Origin: an uncultured delta proteobacterium
Lineage (GTDB): Bacteria > Myxococcota_A > Polyangia > Polyangiales > Polyangiaceae
DNA: 64,000 nt
Reading direction: 5' to 3'
Assembly (NCBI GenBank): GCA_963850305.1
Contig: CAWKKR010000008.1
Location: 992,001-1,056,000 of the forward strand
The notes under the pieces were generated by a model. That model was not told the origin of the DNA, searched no databases, and saw only the letters and a program-made list of their open reading frames with translations. Positions 43,262 to 53,912 of the stretch are shown in pieces (positions within the stretch are counted from its first letter, which is position 1; each line of letters begins with the position of its first letter). The position numbers were made by a program, and so were the translations under genes.

Positions 43262-43759
43262 CTACTTCTGGGCGTACTTCAACGCGAGAGCCTGACAGAC
43301 GGCGCTGGGCGCGTAGCGACTGACATCTCCCCCGTGGCTCGCGATCTCGCGCACGAGTGAGGCGGAAATGAAGCCGTAGTTCGTCCTTGTCGGAAGGAAC
43401 ACAGTGTCCACCTCCGGGGCCAGATCGGCGTTCGCATGAGCGATCTGCAGCTCGTATTCGAAGTCAGTCGCTGCACGAAGCCCGCGCACGATGATCCGAG
43501 CCCCGATCTGGCGGGCGTAGTCGACCAGCAGGCCCGCGAAGAGAGCAACCTCGACATTCCGTAGCGGCGCGCACACCTTTTCCAGTAGCTCGACACGCTC
43601 CTCGACGCTGAACAGGGGAGATCGCGTCGGGTGCTGACCGAGTGCGACCACGACTCTCGGGAAGAGCTTGGATGCTCGCTCGACGAGATCCAGATGGCCG
43701 TTCGTCGGAGGGTCGAAGCTACCCGCATAAATCGCCAAGGAGGACGACATGCGCTTCAT
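43262..43759 (-). CDS. coaD: Phosphopantetheine adenylyltransferase
   Basis: YAGSFDPPTNGHLD, RGLRA..DFEYE, ISASLVREIA. Confidence 0.95.
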   Translation of the reverse strand: MKRMSSSLAIYAGSFDPPTNGHLDLVERASKLFPRVVVALGQHPTRSPLFSVEERVELLEKVCAPLRNVEVALFAGLLVDYARQIGARIIVRGLRAATDFEYELQIAHANADLAPEVDTVFLPTRTNYGFISASLVREIASHGGDVSRYAPSAVCQALALKYAQK

Positions 43760-43809
43760 CGCCTTATAGCACCGGGCCGCAGTCGTCGCGACGGGTTCCG
43801 TGGAGAACG

Positions 43810-45114
43810 TCAGGGAGGTGGCGCAGACGGGGAACGAGATGGCGGGAGCAGCTCCACGGGCGGCGCGATGGGGGCCGCGGAGGGCGGGGACGGGGCGGCG
43901 AATGTCGTGTCTTCGAGCCAGAGGGTCCGGCCCCCGTCGCCGAGCGTCAGTCGAAATGCCGCAAGCAATCCCGAACCAATGAGCCCATCGAGATTCACCC
44001 CAAGGCTCTTGTCGAATTCATCGAGTGGCGCGCCATACACGCCGGGAACGTGCGGAATATCGAAGGCACCGAGGATCAGGTGAGGCAGAACGCCCTGCTC
44101 GAGCTGTCCACCGTTGGGCACCGGAGAGAGGGACGACAACGGAACGCCCGCTTTCTTCCAGCCACGTTCGTCGAGGGCGATCGGAAACTGCATCGCGGTA
44201 TCGATCAATAGCGAGCCTGCCGATGCGTCGTCGCCAGCCAGGTTCGTTCTGAAGACCATTCCGCCGCCCCGGATGTAGCCGAGATGCAGGGTCGTCGCGC
44301 GTTCCGGTGGCGCCGCTTCCGACGCGCGCACGACGAACTGACTGCCCTGAAAGTCGATCGTCGGGTGTATGTGCCGCAGCAGATTCACGCCGAGAAGCAC
44401 CTTGATTGGCGCGTTGAGTTCGCGTGAAATGCCAGTCAGATCCTTCGTCAGGGCGGGCACATCCTGCACCTCTATTCGGTCGCCGAACCGGAGGGATACC
44501 CATGACGGTTGCCGCCCCGCCCCGGAGTCCATCACGACCTCGGCCGTACCCGTCGCAATGAGACCAAGGACCGGTTCCCCGTCGAGCTCGAGCGGCACGA
44601 CGAACGCGCTCCCCCCAACGACGGGCATCTCGCAAACGGCAAGGATACCCCCCGCCATCTGGAACGGCACCCGCCCCGCGCCCCGTCGGGCAAGCTTCGC
44701 GACGTCCTCGGCCCAAGGATCGCGAACATCGGGATCGGCCACGAGTTGCTCGAGTTCGTCCGCGGCGCGGTCGACCTGCCCCGAATACCAGAAGGCGCGA
44801 CCTCGGATAGCGCGCGCCTCGCTCGAGTCGATCCCCTCGACCGACCGAATGGCGGCGTCGTAGTCAAGGTTGGCCAGGGCAACCCGCGCTGCGAGGATTC
44901 GAATCTCCTGTCGGTGTGGCTCCACTCGGAGCGCGTTGTCCACGGACAGCGATGCATCCTCCAGGTCCACGTCGAGATAGCTGGCCGCAGCACGGTCGAA
45001 CCATTTCTTCGCCAGGGGAGGCCACTCGGCGCCCGTCAGCGCGACGGTCGTGCTGCATGCGCCCGCACCGACTGCGAGCATACACAGGAAAAAAGGGACG
45101 AGTCTCGCGCGCAC
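43810..45114 (-). CDS. Lipoprotein with TPR and aspartyl-protease-like regions
   Basis: AGAC lipobox; TPR-like helices; LIDTA and DGLIGSGLL. Confidence 0.6.
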   Translation of the reverse strand: MRARLVPFFLCMLAVGAGACSTTVALTGAEWPPLAKKWFDRAAASYLDVDLEDASLSVDNALRVEPHRQEIRILAARVALANLDYDAAIRSVEGIDSSEARAIRGRAFWYSGQVDRAADELEQLVADPDVRDPWAEDVAKLARRGAGRVPFQMAGGILAVCEMPVVGGSAFVVPLELDGEPVLGLIATGTAEVVMDSGAGRQPSWVSLRFGDRIEVQDVPALTKDLTGISRELNAPIKVLLGVNLLRHIHPTIDFQGSQFVVRASEAAPPERATTLHLGYIRGGGMVFRTNLAGDDASAGSLLIDTAMQFPIALDERGWKKAGVPLSSLSPVPNGGQLEQGVLPHLILGAFDIPHVPGVYGAPLDEFDKSLGVNLDGLIGSGLLAAFRLTLGDGGRTLWLEDTTFAAPSPPSAAPIAPPVELLPPSRSPSAPPP

Positions 45115-45264
45115 CTTCGGGCTCCGGCCCGGCTTGATAGCGCGCTTTCCCCCCAGGCGCGACGGCCTTTTCCTGCGCGTCGGGGCAGCCGCGGGCGCTC
45201 GCAGGCGGCAGCGTGCGCTCGGACCCCCGATCGTCGAATCGCGACTGGTGTAGAATCACTGGTC

Positions 45265-45798
45265 ATGAACGTCTGCGCGGCGACCGGATTCTGTTCCACG
45301 GTATTCGTTCTGGCCATATCGTGTGGCGCCAAGAATCAAGAGGCGGGTGCCTCGACGGCGGTGCCGCCGACTGCCCCGATCACGGCCACATCGACTTCTG
45401 CCCCGGAGCCATCGGCGGCAGCGGTTCCCGCGGCTTCCTCGGAGCCCGAAGGCCCCGGCTCCGCAAACCCGAGCCCGGCCAACTCCACGACGGACCGCGA
45501 AGATTCTCGCAGCATCGCCTCCATTGCGGCCATCGTGAAGGCCCACCGTCGGGAAGCACGTGCTTGCTACGAAAATGCGTTGAAGCAGGTCGCTGGCCTG
45601 AAGGGGGACGTGGTCGTGCATTTCACACTCAAGCCCAGCGGAGAGGTGAAGCTGGTGGAACTCAACCGCGAGCGGAGCACGATCACCGAGCCACTCGTCG
45701 TGAACTGCGTCATCAGTGTGATATCGGCGATCGAATTCCCGAAATCGTCGAAGGGCATGGAGACCACCGTCAATTACCCCTTCAACTTCAACCCATAG
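45265..45798 (+). CDS. AgmX/PglI/TonB-C-like domain lipoprotein
   Basis: AISC lipobox, Pro/Ala linker, R.CYE.ALK....L.G.V.V.F.....G.V, C.......FP......VNYPF. Confidence 0.7.
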   Translation: MNVCAATGFCSTVFVLAISCGAKNQEAGASTAVPPTAPITATSTSAPEPSAAAVPAASSEPEGPGSANPSPANSTTDREDSRSIASIAAIVKAHRREARACYENALKQVAGLKGDVVVHFTLKPSGEVKLVELNRERSTITEPLVVNCVISVISAIEFPKSSKGMETTVNYPFNFNP

Positions 45799-45817
45799 CG
45801 CGGGCGCCGGGGATCCG

Positions 45818-47425
45818 GTGCTGGACGCGCCACCGAAAATTCCATCGGCACCGAGAGACGTCGACGCGTACGCCGATCTACTGAGCCGGACTCGGGGGCT
45901 CGCAAGCGAACATCGCGCGGAACGGGATCGGTGGTTCGTCGAGCTCCGCGTCGATAACAAGGAAGAGCTCCTCTTCGAGCTCGAGGTGTTGCTGAAGGCG
46001 ACAGCGTGTTTTTCGAACCCGCGAAACCATCCGGGCCCCCCGAAGCGGGCGTCCGTGGTGGCTCAGGACTTCCGGGAAGCCACGACGCTCCTGAGGGACG
46101 GCCTGACGCGAGCCGTATTCTTGATCCGCCAGCTCCTCGGACCGCGCGAACGCGCCTACGTCTTTCACCGGTACCTCGAGACGGTTCTGCCTGAAGACAG
46201 CTTGCGAACTCGCCTGGTTCACGAAGGCACCACGCAGTCGTCTCCGGAAGAGAGTCTCATGACGCTCCGGCATGCCCTGTCGAACGCCGTCCAGGTGACC
46301 GAGGGGCTCCTCCGTGCGCCGCGAATTCCCTTCCGAATTTTCTATGCCACGTCATCGCTCGTGCAGCGTGAGGTCGCTCAGAGCGCGTTCTTCAATCCGC
46401 TATCGGCGCTGGAATTTCGGCCCGAATTCGACCGGATCAAGTCACCGGAAGTGCTGGAGGTCATCCGGAACGGCCAGCGCGGAAAGGCTCATCATTTCGT
46501 CGCATTGACGTTCCTGTCGCTCTTCCGGATGCTCCGGTATCTCCGTCTGATAGGGCGCATTCTCGCTGAAACTGGGAAGCGCGAGGTAGTCGCTGGTAGG
46601 GCCTATCTCGTCCTGAGCGTGCTGCGCTCGGACGCCCGCGCCCTCTCCGACTACCTTCGGCGGAGAGCAGGTTCTCATCTCGCCGACAGCTATCAACGCG
46701 AGGTCTTCTCGGTGCCCGCGCGGGAACTCGTTGCCCAGGCGCCGACGCTTCGCGCGGAAGGGCACAGGCTCGTTGCCATACGGAGCGCCCTCGAGGGCAT
46801 CGCAGGAAGTCTACGCCTGGAGATGCGCCGGTCGTTTCTGCACGATTTGCCGGCGCCCGAAACTCTACCGAGCGACCGTCAGCTCCGTGACGCGCTTCAG
46901 GTGACCATCGACAACGTGCGACCGGCTCTTCGAAACTCGATCCTGTTTCTCGGGCGCGCTCTCGGCGTCTCCTTCGAAGAAGGGGGCGTGTTCGATGATC
47001 ACGCGGCGCGACGTGAAACGAGTGAACGATTGCGGCGCGACGTCTGGATGTTCGGTCAGATCGTCCGCGCCTTTTACACGAAGGCGCAATACACGGAACT
47101 CGAGGACCGCTGGACGGCCCTCCACAACTTCCAGTACGTCCGCGAGTTCCTCGCGTACTTCCGGGCGATGGGCTACCCGCTGCTCCGCGTAGCCGATTAC
47201 CCGCGTTTCGACGCCTTCATTACCGCAATGACTCACCTCGAAGACACGGATCTCGTCGATCCCACACGCCTCGAGCGGGCGATCGACGAATGCATGGCCT
47301 TCCACGGCTACCTGCAGCAACTCTTCGAGGCCATTTCGCGCCGCGACGCACTCGATGGGGTCGTATTCGACAGGAAGGGCGCGGCGACCGCCCTTCGTCT
47401 CTATCTCGGCGACGCGATGGGCTGA
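45818..47425 (+). CDS. Hypothetical helical protein
   Basis: 535-aa ORF with coding-like composition; no motif recognised. Confidence 0.7.
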   Translation: MLDAPPKIPSAPRDVDAYADLLSRTRGLASEHRAERDRWFVELRVDNKEELLFELEVLLKATACFSNPRNHPGPPKRASVVAQDFREATTLLRDGLTRAVFLIRQLLGPRERAYVFHRYLETVLPEDSLRTRLVHEGTTQSSPEESLMTLRHALSNAVQVTEGLLRAPRIPFRIFYATSSLVQREVAQSAFFNPLSALEFRPEFDRIKSPEVLEVIRNGQRGKAHHFVALTFLSLFRMLRYLRLIGRILAETGKREVVAGRAYLVLSVLRSDARALSDYLRRRAGSHLADSYQREVFSVPARELVAQAPTLRAEGHRLVAIRSALEGIAGSLRLEMRRSFLHDLPAPETLPSDRQLRDALQVTIDNVRPALRNSILFLGRALGVSFEEGGVFDDHAARRETSERLRRDVWMFGQIVRAFYTKAQYTELEDRWTALHNFQYVREFLAYFRAMGYPLLRVADYPRFDAFITAMTHLEDTDLVDPTRLERAIDECMAFHGYLQQLFEAISRRDALDGVVFDRKGAATALRLYLGDAMG

Positions 47426-47526
47426 GCGCCCGCGCACGAGAAAAGACGCCACCCGAAGGGCATGGAGCTCAGCAGCTCGTGTGGCCTTCTGGGTGGTCGC
47501 CTATTCTTCCAATTTCGAAAACGAAA

Positions 47527-47682
47527 TCAGCCCGCTGCGGGCGCAGACTTCGCCGCCTTCTTGCGGCGCTTTCCGGCCTTCTTGCGACCGCCCTTCTTGG
47601 CAGCGCGTTTCTTTGCAACTTTGCCAGCCTTCTTTGCTGCCGGCTTCTTCGCCCTCTTCGTTTTCGTCTTCTTAGCGGCCAT
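47527..47682 (-). CDS. Small Lys/Ala-rich histone-like protein (51 aa)
   Basis: AGGAGG RBS; MAAKKTKTKRAKKPAAKKAGKVAKK... Confidence 0.8.
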   Translation of the reverse strand: MAAKKTKTKRAKKPAAKKAGKVAKKRAAKKGGRKKAGKRRKKAAKSAPAAG

Positions 47683-48011
47683 GTGGTGCCTCCTGGGAAC
47701 ACCTGGCGCGGGCGCCTGATGGCGCTTCTCGCTCAGGTATGTTGCATGACTTATATTGCCACCTATCCTCATTCGTCAACGAAAAAAGTGCGGGGCAAAA
47801 AATAACTATGGCGTGCGGATGCCCACAATGCCGCGCAAGCCCTGCATAGGCGCCTTCCGCGTTGCGTCAGCGTGGGACACCGCGGGGCGGCTGGCTGCTA
47901 ACAAAATGTGCTGGAGTTCAGCGCTATTGACGCCCCATTCGACGCCGCGATACGCGGGGGAACGAGCGCGCTGCTGCGATCCGGATTCGGAGCGGCGCGC
48001 GAGGAGTACTT

Positions 48012-48827
48012 TTGGACCATCTCGTCGTTCGCCGTGTTTCGCTTTTGATCCTGCTGTCGCTCGCCGTGAGCGGGTGCGGATATTCGCAAGAAGAATGGGA
48101 TCAAAAGGTTCGAGAGAACGAGGGCCTGCGTACACAGTTGAACTCGCAACGCCAGGCACGAGAAAAGTGCGAGTCCGACTACGCTTCGACCCTCCACGAA
48201 GTCGAGGACCTGAAGCAGAAGCTACGCGAGCGGGGCTTGAACCTCGACAATGTGACGCAGAGTCTCGAACAAGAGCGGCGGGCACTGGAAGAATACAAAA
48301 CGCGCGCCGAACAGCTCGACCAGATCCGGAAGCGCTTCGAATCTTTGAGAGACAAGCTGCAGCAGCTGACGAACCTGGGGCTCAAGGTCGAAGTAAGGGA
48401 CAATCGCATGCTCATCCAGCTCCCTGGTGACGTGCTGTTCGACTCGGCCAGCGACAAGCTCAAGCCGCGCGGAAAAGAGATCCTCACGGCCGTCGCGGCG
48501 GTGGTTCGCGGCGACCCCGATCTCTCGAAGCGCGAGTTCCAGGTCGCAGGCCACACGGACTCAAAGCCGCTCAAGGGCGGTCCCTTCCAGGACAACTGGG
48601 GCCTCTCCGCAATGCGGGCTCGTTCGGTCCTCGCATTCCTCGTGGCGCCACTGGCTGAAAATGGGGGCGGCCTCGATCCGAAGAACTGGAGCGCCGCGGG
48701 CTACGGAGACACGGATCCGGTCGCGAGCAACGACACGGACGAGGGCCGAGAGAAGAATCGCCGTGTGGAGCTCGTCGTCATGCCCAACGTGGAAGAGATG
48801 CTCGATCTCAACAGCCTCGCCCAGTGA
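48012..48827 (+). CDS. OmpA/MotB-domain coiled-coil lipoprotein
   Basis: VSGC lipobox, VLFDSAS, VAGHTD, NWGLSAMRA, AGYG..DP..SN.....R..NRRVE. Confidence 0.9.
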   Translation: MDHLVVRRVSLLILLSLAVSGCGYSQEEWDQKVRENEGLRTQLNSQRQAREKCESDYASTLHEVEDLKQKLRERGLNLDNVTQSLEQERRALEEYKTRAEQLDQIRKRFESLRDKLQQLTNLGLKVEVRDNRMLIQLPGDVLFDSASDKLKPRGKEILTAVAAVVRGDPDLSKREFQVAGHTDSKPLKGGPFQDNWGLSAMRARSVLAFLVAPLAENGGGLDPKNWSAAGYGDTDPVASNDTDEGREKNRRVELVVMPNVEEMLDLNSLAQ

Positions 48828-49756
48828 ACATGAGCACTGGACGTCGCATCGCCGCGATCGACGTCGGAACGAACACGGTACTACTTCTCGTGGCGGAGGA
48901 CGGCGACGATGGGCCCCGGCCCATTGTCGAGCGTGCAACCATAACGCGGCTCGGCCAAGGGGTAGATCGCACGGGACGCCTCTCGAGGGATGCCATGGCG
49001 CGCACCGTCGCCTGCCTGGCGGAATACGCGGAGCTTGCCCGGAGCCACGGGGTGAGTGAAGTCGCGGCCGTTTGCACGAGCGCGGCGCGTGACGCGGACA
49101 ATGGCGCGGAATTCATCGACATGGCTGCCGGGGCGCTCGGCGTCACTCCTCGGATCATCGCGGGCGAGGAAGAAGCTCGGCTGACGTTCGAGGGTGCCAT
49201 TCAGGGCCTGCGCATACGAGGGCGGGTGACGGTCTTCGACATCGGCGGTGGCAGCACCGAGATCATCCTGGGCACGGTGTCCGGGTCGGACGCGCAGATA
49301 CACGAGGCGACGAGCTTGAACATTGGAAGCGTAAGGCTCACCGAGCGGCACGTCCGACACGACCCGCCGACCTCCGCGGAGCTCGAGGCCCTTCGAACGA
49401 CCGCGCGCGAAGCCCTCGACCGTGTGCCGCGTCAACCGACCACTGAACTAGTCGGAGTGGCCGGAACAATCACGACCCTCGCATCGATCCGGGTCGGGCT
49501 TGCGAGCTACGACCCGAACAAAATTCATGGCGTGATCCTTCATCGAGCAGAGATCGAGGAGATGACCGCACGCCTGGCGCTTCTCCCACTGAGTGCGCGA
49601 AAGGCGACACCTGGGCTCGATCCCGCTCGCGCAGACGTCATCGTGGCAGGCGCTTGTCTTGCACTGCAGGTCCTCGACTGGGCGCGGGCGGATGCGCTCC
49701 GCGTCTCAGACCGCGGAGTACGCTTCGGGCTTGCAAAGGCCCTCCTGCGGAGCTGA
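48824..49756 (+). CDS. ppx: Ppx/GppA exopolyphosphatase
   Basis: AAIDVGTNT, TSAARDA.N, G.EEA, DIGGGSTE, GSVRLTE, RADVI.AG. Confidence 0.9.
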   Translation: MNMSTGRRIAAIDVGTNTVLLLVAEDGDDGPRPIVERATITRLGQGVDRTGRLSRDAMARTVACLAEYAELARSHGVSEVAAVCTSAARDADNGAEFIDMAAGALGVTPRIIAGEEEARLTFEGAIQGLRIRGRVTVFDIGGGSTEIILGTVSGSDAQIHEATSLNIGSVRLTERHVRHDPPTSAELEALRTTAREALDRVPRQPTTELVGVAGTITTLASIRVGLASYDPNKIHGVILHRAEIEEMTARLALLPLSARKATPGLDPARADVIVAGACLALQVLDWARADALRVSDRGVRFGLAKALLRS

Positions 49757-50074
49757 GAACCCGCTCAGTGAACGCGAACTGTCCGCCGCGCGAGATGAAT
49801 TTCCATGGTCTCCGTCGGATTCAGTCTGGATTGTTTTTTCTACCTTGACGACCAGGGTTTGCTTGACTAGAGTTTCGCGCCTGGCGGGGCCTGCGCAAAA
49901 TGCAGCTCATAACCCGCAGTGCTCCACCTCATTTGCACGTCCAGCAGCGTCAGCTGCGGGAATAACCGGTGGGTCTGGGCCGTTCAGACAACCTGACGGC
50001 CGCTCGGACGTCGAGCAGTTCCTCGTGCCGAATGCGGTCTACTCGCACCGGCGTTTCGCTCCAAAGGAGAGGTC

Positions 50075-50578
50075 ATGCAGAGCCCCGAAATCGAGTTCAA
50101 AGTCGGCGACAAGGCAGTCTATCCCGCCCAGGGCGTAGCCGAGGTCATCAGCATCGACGAGAAGGATATTGCCGGATCGCGACAGCGATTCTACGTCCTT
50201 CGGATCCTCGATACTGACCGGAAAATCATGGTCCCGGTCTCGAATGCCAATGCCGTGGGCCTGAGGCAGGTCATCAGCGAGCAAGAAATTCGGGAGATTT
50301 TCGACATCCTGAAGGAGCGCACCATCGGCTTCGATACCCAGACCTGGAATCGTCGGTATCGCGGGTTCATGGACAAGATCAAGACCGGGTTCATCTACGA
50401 CGTGGCCGAGGTTCTCCGGGACCTGTACCGACTGAAGGCAAACAAGCAGCTCTCGTTCGGTGAGCGTCGCATGCTCGATACTGCGCGCACGCTCATCGTC
50501 AAGGAGATCGCCGTCGCCCGTGGCCAGACGGAGGAGCACGTACGAACCGAGATCGAAGCGATCTTCTTCGCCAACTGA
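50075..50578 (+). CDS. carD: CarD/CdnL RNA-polymerase-binding regulator
   Basis: FKVGDKAVYPAQGVAEV, VGLR, TWNRRYR, LSFGERRML; GGAG RBS. Confidence 0.95.
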   Translation: MQSPEIEFKVGDKAVYPAQGVAEVISIDEKDIAGSRQRFYVLRILDTDRKIMVPVSNANAVGLRQVISEQEIREIFDILKERTIGFDTQTWNRRYRGFMDKIKTGFIYDVAEVLRDLYRLKANKQLSFGERRMLDTARTLIVKEIAVARGQTEEHVRTEIEAIFFAN

Positions 50579-50640
50579 GCCGACATCGTTCTCGACGGGA
50601 CGGACGCTTCCACTGGGGGCGTCCGTTTCGCGTTTTGTCG

Positions 50641-51096
50641 TCACTCGCGCATCTTGATCGGAGCGACTTCCGGAATATCGATGACGACACGCCAGTGACC
50701 TTGCTCGCGAACGCATCGGATTTCTCGCTGCTCCCGGCTCGGGGCTTCGCCGAATACCGTCACCACGGCCCAATCCCCATTCCGGGTAGCCTTGAACCGA
50801 TGCGGTTCGAAGATCATCGAAAAGCGCGACGGCACGAGCATGTCCTCGGGCGCCACGACTCGACCCTCAACGGCGCTGGCTCGCTTCGCGCGCTCCTCCA
50901 GGTTCTTGCGCGCCGGAGACCATAAAAGTTCGTACGCCTCCCTGGCTGGGCGTGGATCCCCATGGACGCGCTGCATGAAATCGATGAATGCCTGAACGGC
51001 AGCTTCCGGGGTGGAGTCGACGGCGCGCTCCTCGCAGCCGGCAAGCCCGATCACCACGGCGATCACCGCGAAGGCTCGGCCCTTGGCGGCTCTCAT
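50641..51096 (-). CDS. Lipoprotein, hypothetical
   Basis: LAGC lipobox; TPE.AV..F ... V.E.G.W.V (NTF2-like). Confidence 0.7.
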   Translation of the reverse strand: MRAAKGRAFAVIAVVIGLAGCEERAVDSTPEAAVQAFIDFMQRVHGDPRPAREAYELLWSPARKNLEERAKRASAVEGRVVAPEDMLVPSRFSMIFEPHRFKATRNGDWAVVTVFGEAPSREQREIRCVREQGHWRVVIDIPEVAPIKMRE

Positions 51097-51346
51097 TGGC
51101 CTGCCGTCGTCGGTCCCATCGCCACCCGCACGCCGGTCATGGTTGGCGCTCGCACGCAAGTCTCCGAGGGCAAGGCGTCGATCGGTCGCATCTCCGGGAG
51201 CATGCGCAAGCGCTCGCTCATTTTATCGCTCAGCTAACCCTGACCCGCGCTCCGTGCAAGCGACACCGCCGGCACGCGCTGTTCGCTCGCGCGACGACGC
51301 AGAATTTGGCCCCGAGGGAACTGGGCTCGTTACGATTTCACACCCA

Positions 51347-52366
51347 ATGCGAAATCCTTCGGTTCGTCTCGAGTGGCGGGGTAAATCGGCAGTCGCAGAT
51401 GCACCGGGCGCTTCGCTAAGAGCCCTCCGACCCGGCGATGGCCGATTCACGCTCATCACAGGCGACAATCTTCTAGCGCTTCGCGCCCTACACGACAGAA
51501 GAAAGTCCGAGGTGACGTTCGCGTACCTGGACCCGCCCTTCCTGACGGGTCGAAAACACGAGCGCGTTCTCAGGCTGCGCGACTCCGGTGGAAACCTGGT
51601 CCGGGGGCGCCGCCCTGCCTTCGACGACCGATGGACCGGGCTCGACCAATACCTCGACGCGCTCGGCCCTCGCATCGCCGCAGCGCGAGAGCTACTTGCT
51701 CCGCACGGCTGCCTCGTCTTGCATGTGGATTCGAAGACGAGCCACTACGCCAAAGTGCTCTGCGACGAGATCTTCGGCGCCGAGGCCTTCGCGAGCGAGA
51801 TCGTCTGGCGATACCGCCGGTGGCCCAGCAAGACGGCCAACTTTCAGCGTGTTCATGACGTCCTCCTTCGATACGTCAAGGATCCGAGCGTCAAGCCGCG
51901 CTTCCGACAACTCTACGAACCGATCGCCGCATCGACGCTCGCGACGTGGGGGACGCGAAAGCAGCGCGCGATCCTCGGGACCGACGGTCGGCGCACGCGG
52001 TCCAGCCAAACCACGGAGCCGACGCCGGGCACACCGCTCGGAGACGTCTGGGACATCGGCATCGTTGCCCCTGTGTCGCGCGAACGAACCGGCTATCCGA
52101 CACAGAAGCCCGAGTTGCTCTTGGAGCGATTGATCGAAGCGTGCACCAACGCCGGCGACCTCGTGCTCGACCCCTACCTTGGAAGCGGCACCGTCGCGGC
52201 AGTTTGCGCAAAATCGGGACGTCACTTCATCGGAATCGACGTCAATCCGGATGCGGTCGACATCGCGCGTGATCGGCTCGCACGGCTCGACGTCATCGCC
52301 ACCGAGGACCTCGTCGCGCCCGCCGTTCGGCGGACACGACGTCGGTCCGCGCCCCGAGCGGCCTAA
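51347..52366 (+). CDS. Orphan N4/N6 DNA methyltransferase (beta class)
   Basis: GDNL, YLDPPF, EIVW, DVW, YPTQKPE.LL.R.I, LDPYLGSGT. Confidence 0.9.
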   Translation: MRNPSVRLEWRGKSAVADAPGASLRALRPGDGRFTLITGDNLLALRALHDRRKSEVTFAYLDPPFLTGRKHERVLRLRDSGGNLVRGRRPAFDDRWTGLDQYLDALGPRIAAARELLAPHGCLVLHVDSKTSHYAKVLCDEIFGAEAFASEIVWRYRRWPSKTANFQRVHDVLLRYVKDPSVKPRFRQLYEPIAASTLATWGTRKQRAILGTDGRRTRSSQTTEPTPGTPLGDVWDIGIVAPVSRERTGYPTQKPELLLERLIEACTNAGDLVLDPYLGSGTVAAVCAKSGRHFIGIDVNPDAVDIARDRLARLDVIATEDLVAPAVRRTRRRSAPRAA

Positions 52367-52501
52367 GTCGGCTGGATCCAGCTACTGCTCGCGGTCTCCG
52401 GTGGTTGTCTCCTCGATCGATCCCGGTCGAACGCTGGATCCAGGCTGCGCCCGCCCTGGACGCTTCTTTTGGTGGCGCCGACCAGCGCGTATGATGCCGG
52501 C

Positions 52502-53473
52502 GTGCGGCCCCGGCTCGTATTACTCGGCGCGTTACTCGTGCTGCCGGCGCCCCGCGCCGACGCGCTGGACGCCGATCCCGTGGTCGTTCACGTCGGGGAT
52601 GCGTCGCTTCGGGTGAGCGACGTTACGCGACGGCTGGCATCGATTCCCGACTTTCAACTTCGTACCTTCGGAAGCACGCCCGAGCAGATCCGCGCCGCCT
52701 TCGTCGATGCCGTCCTCGTGCCGGAACTCCTCTACGGCGAGGAGGCGGCGCGTCTACACTTGAAAGAGCAGCCCGACGTGCGCCATCGCATCGACGCCGC
52801 ACTGGCCAGAGCGCTGACGAATTCCCTCCGCGCGGATACGGTCGCCGCCGGCGTCACCGAGGACGACGTCCGCGCTTATTACGACTCTCATCGCGGGGAA
52901 TATCACCAGCCAGTAGCGCTGCGGCTCTTCCGGATCCTGCTCGATGACGAAAGCCTCGCGAAACGAATCCTGTCCGAGGCAGCTGGCGCAGGCGGCCCAG
53001 CCCGGTGGCGTGACTCGGCGCGGGCGCATTCGCTCGACACGGCGACCAAGATGCGCGGCGGCGATCTCGGCTTCGTGTTTCCCGACGGACATACCGATGT
53101 CCCGCAGCTCGACGTCGATCCGGCGCTCTACGATGCCGCGTCGAAGGTGCGAGACGGCGAGGTCGTTCCTTTGCCAATCAAGGAGGGGGGACACCTTGCC
53201 GTCGTCTGGCGGCGCGGGAGTCGGCCGAAAGCCGACATCTCGTTTGCGGCGGCGCACGCCTCCATTCGCGACCGGCTCCTGCGAGCGCGGACGCAGCGAG
53301 CGGTGGACACATTGCGCGACGCGCTGCGCGCCAGAAACGTGAATGACGAAAACCCAGCTCTCCTCGACGACCTGACCCCGCGTCTCGAATTGCTCCCGCC
53401 CCGGCCGCGCCCGTCCGCGGCACCCTTCGCCGCGCGACCTGTCCCGGAGCCGACGGACCGGGGTCTACGATAG
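52502..53473 (+). CDS. PpiC-type peptidyl-prolyl isomerase
   Basis: Signal peptide; HSLD..T..RGGDLGFV. Confidence 0.8.
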   Translation: MRPRLVLLGALLVLPAPRADALDADPVVVHVGDASLRVSDVTRRLASIPDFQLRTFGSTPEQIRAAFVDAVLVPELLYGEEAARLHLKEQPDVRHRIDAALARALTNSLRADTVAAGVTEDDVRAYYDSHRGEYHQPVALRLFRILLDDESLAKRILSEAAGAGGPARWRDSARAHSLDTATKMRGGDLGFVFPDGHTDVPQLDVDPALYDAASKVRDGEVVPLPIKEGGHLAVVWRRGSRPKADISFAAAHASIRDRLLRARTQRAVDTLRDALRARNVNDENPALLDDLTPRLELLPPRPRPSAAPFAARPVPEPTDRGLR

Positions 53474-53869
53474 CTACTTCTTCTTCTCGTCTTCGAGGGG
53501 AAAACCCAGCTGCCGCATGATGCTACGAAACATCTCTTCTTCGTCGCGTGCTCGTTGCTGATAAACGATGAAGCGGTCCCGCTCCTTCGATTCGGCAGCG
53601 TCCGCGGCACGCTCGCAGTCCTCGAGCATCAGCATCAGATGCGGATGTGCCTGGATCACCTCCTTCGGGATCAGCATGTCGCGAGCAGCCTCGATGCGAG
53701 CAGTAGCCAGGTGATGAGTGAGCTCCGCGAGCTCCTTGTCGTCGAGCCGATGCTGGAGATAGTCCGTCTCGGTGCGAGCTTCCTTGACGAGCAAACCGGC
53801 GCGGTCCAGATAACTCCCCGCCCACGCCGCGGGCGCGAAGGTCGTGAGAACCGCGGTGAGCACGAGCAT
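53474..53869 (-). CDS. Secreted hypothetical protein
   Basis: AWA signal-peptide cleavage site; helical. Confidence 0.65.
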   Translation of the reverse strand: MLVLTAVLTTFAPAAWAGSYLDRAGLLVKEARTETDYLQHRLDDKELAELTHHLATARIEAARDMLIPKEVIQAHPHLMLMLEDCERAADAAESKERDRFIVYQQRARDEEEMFRSIMRQLGFPLEDEKKK

Positions 53870-53912
53870 CGTGGTTCGATGCCGCCGCCGGACCACGAGC
53901 GGTGTGTGGACT

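Noticed and set aside
49757..50074. Riboswitch or ncRNA upstream of carD
   Set aside because: The gap is long and relatively AT-rich with promoter-like hexamers, but I recognise no RNA family motif.
51093..51221. Possible 42-aa minus-strand peptide ([13 protein letters not shown]...) coupled to the lipoprotein gene
   Set aside because: There is no RBS or motif support; it cannot be distinguished from chance.
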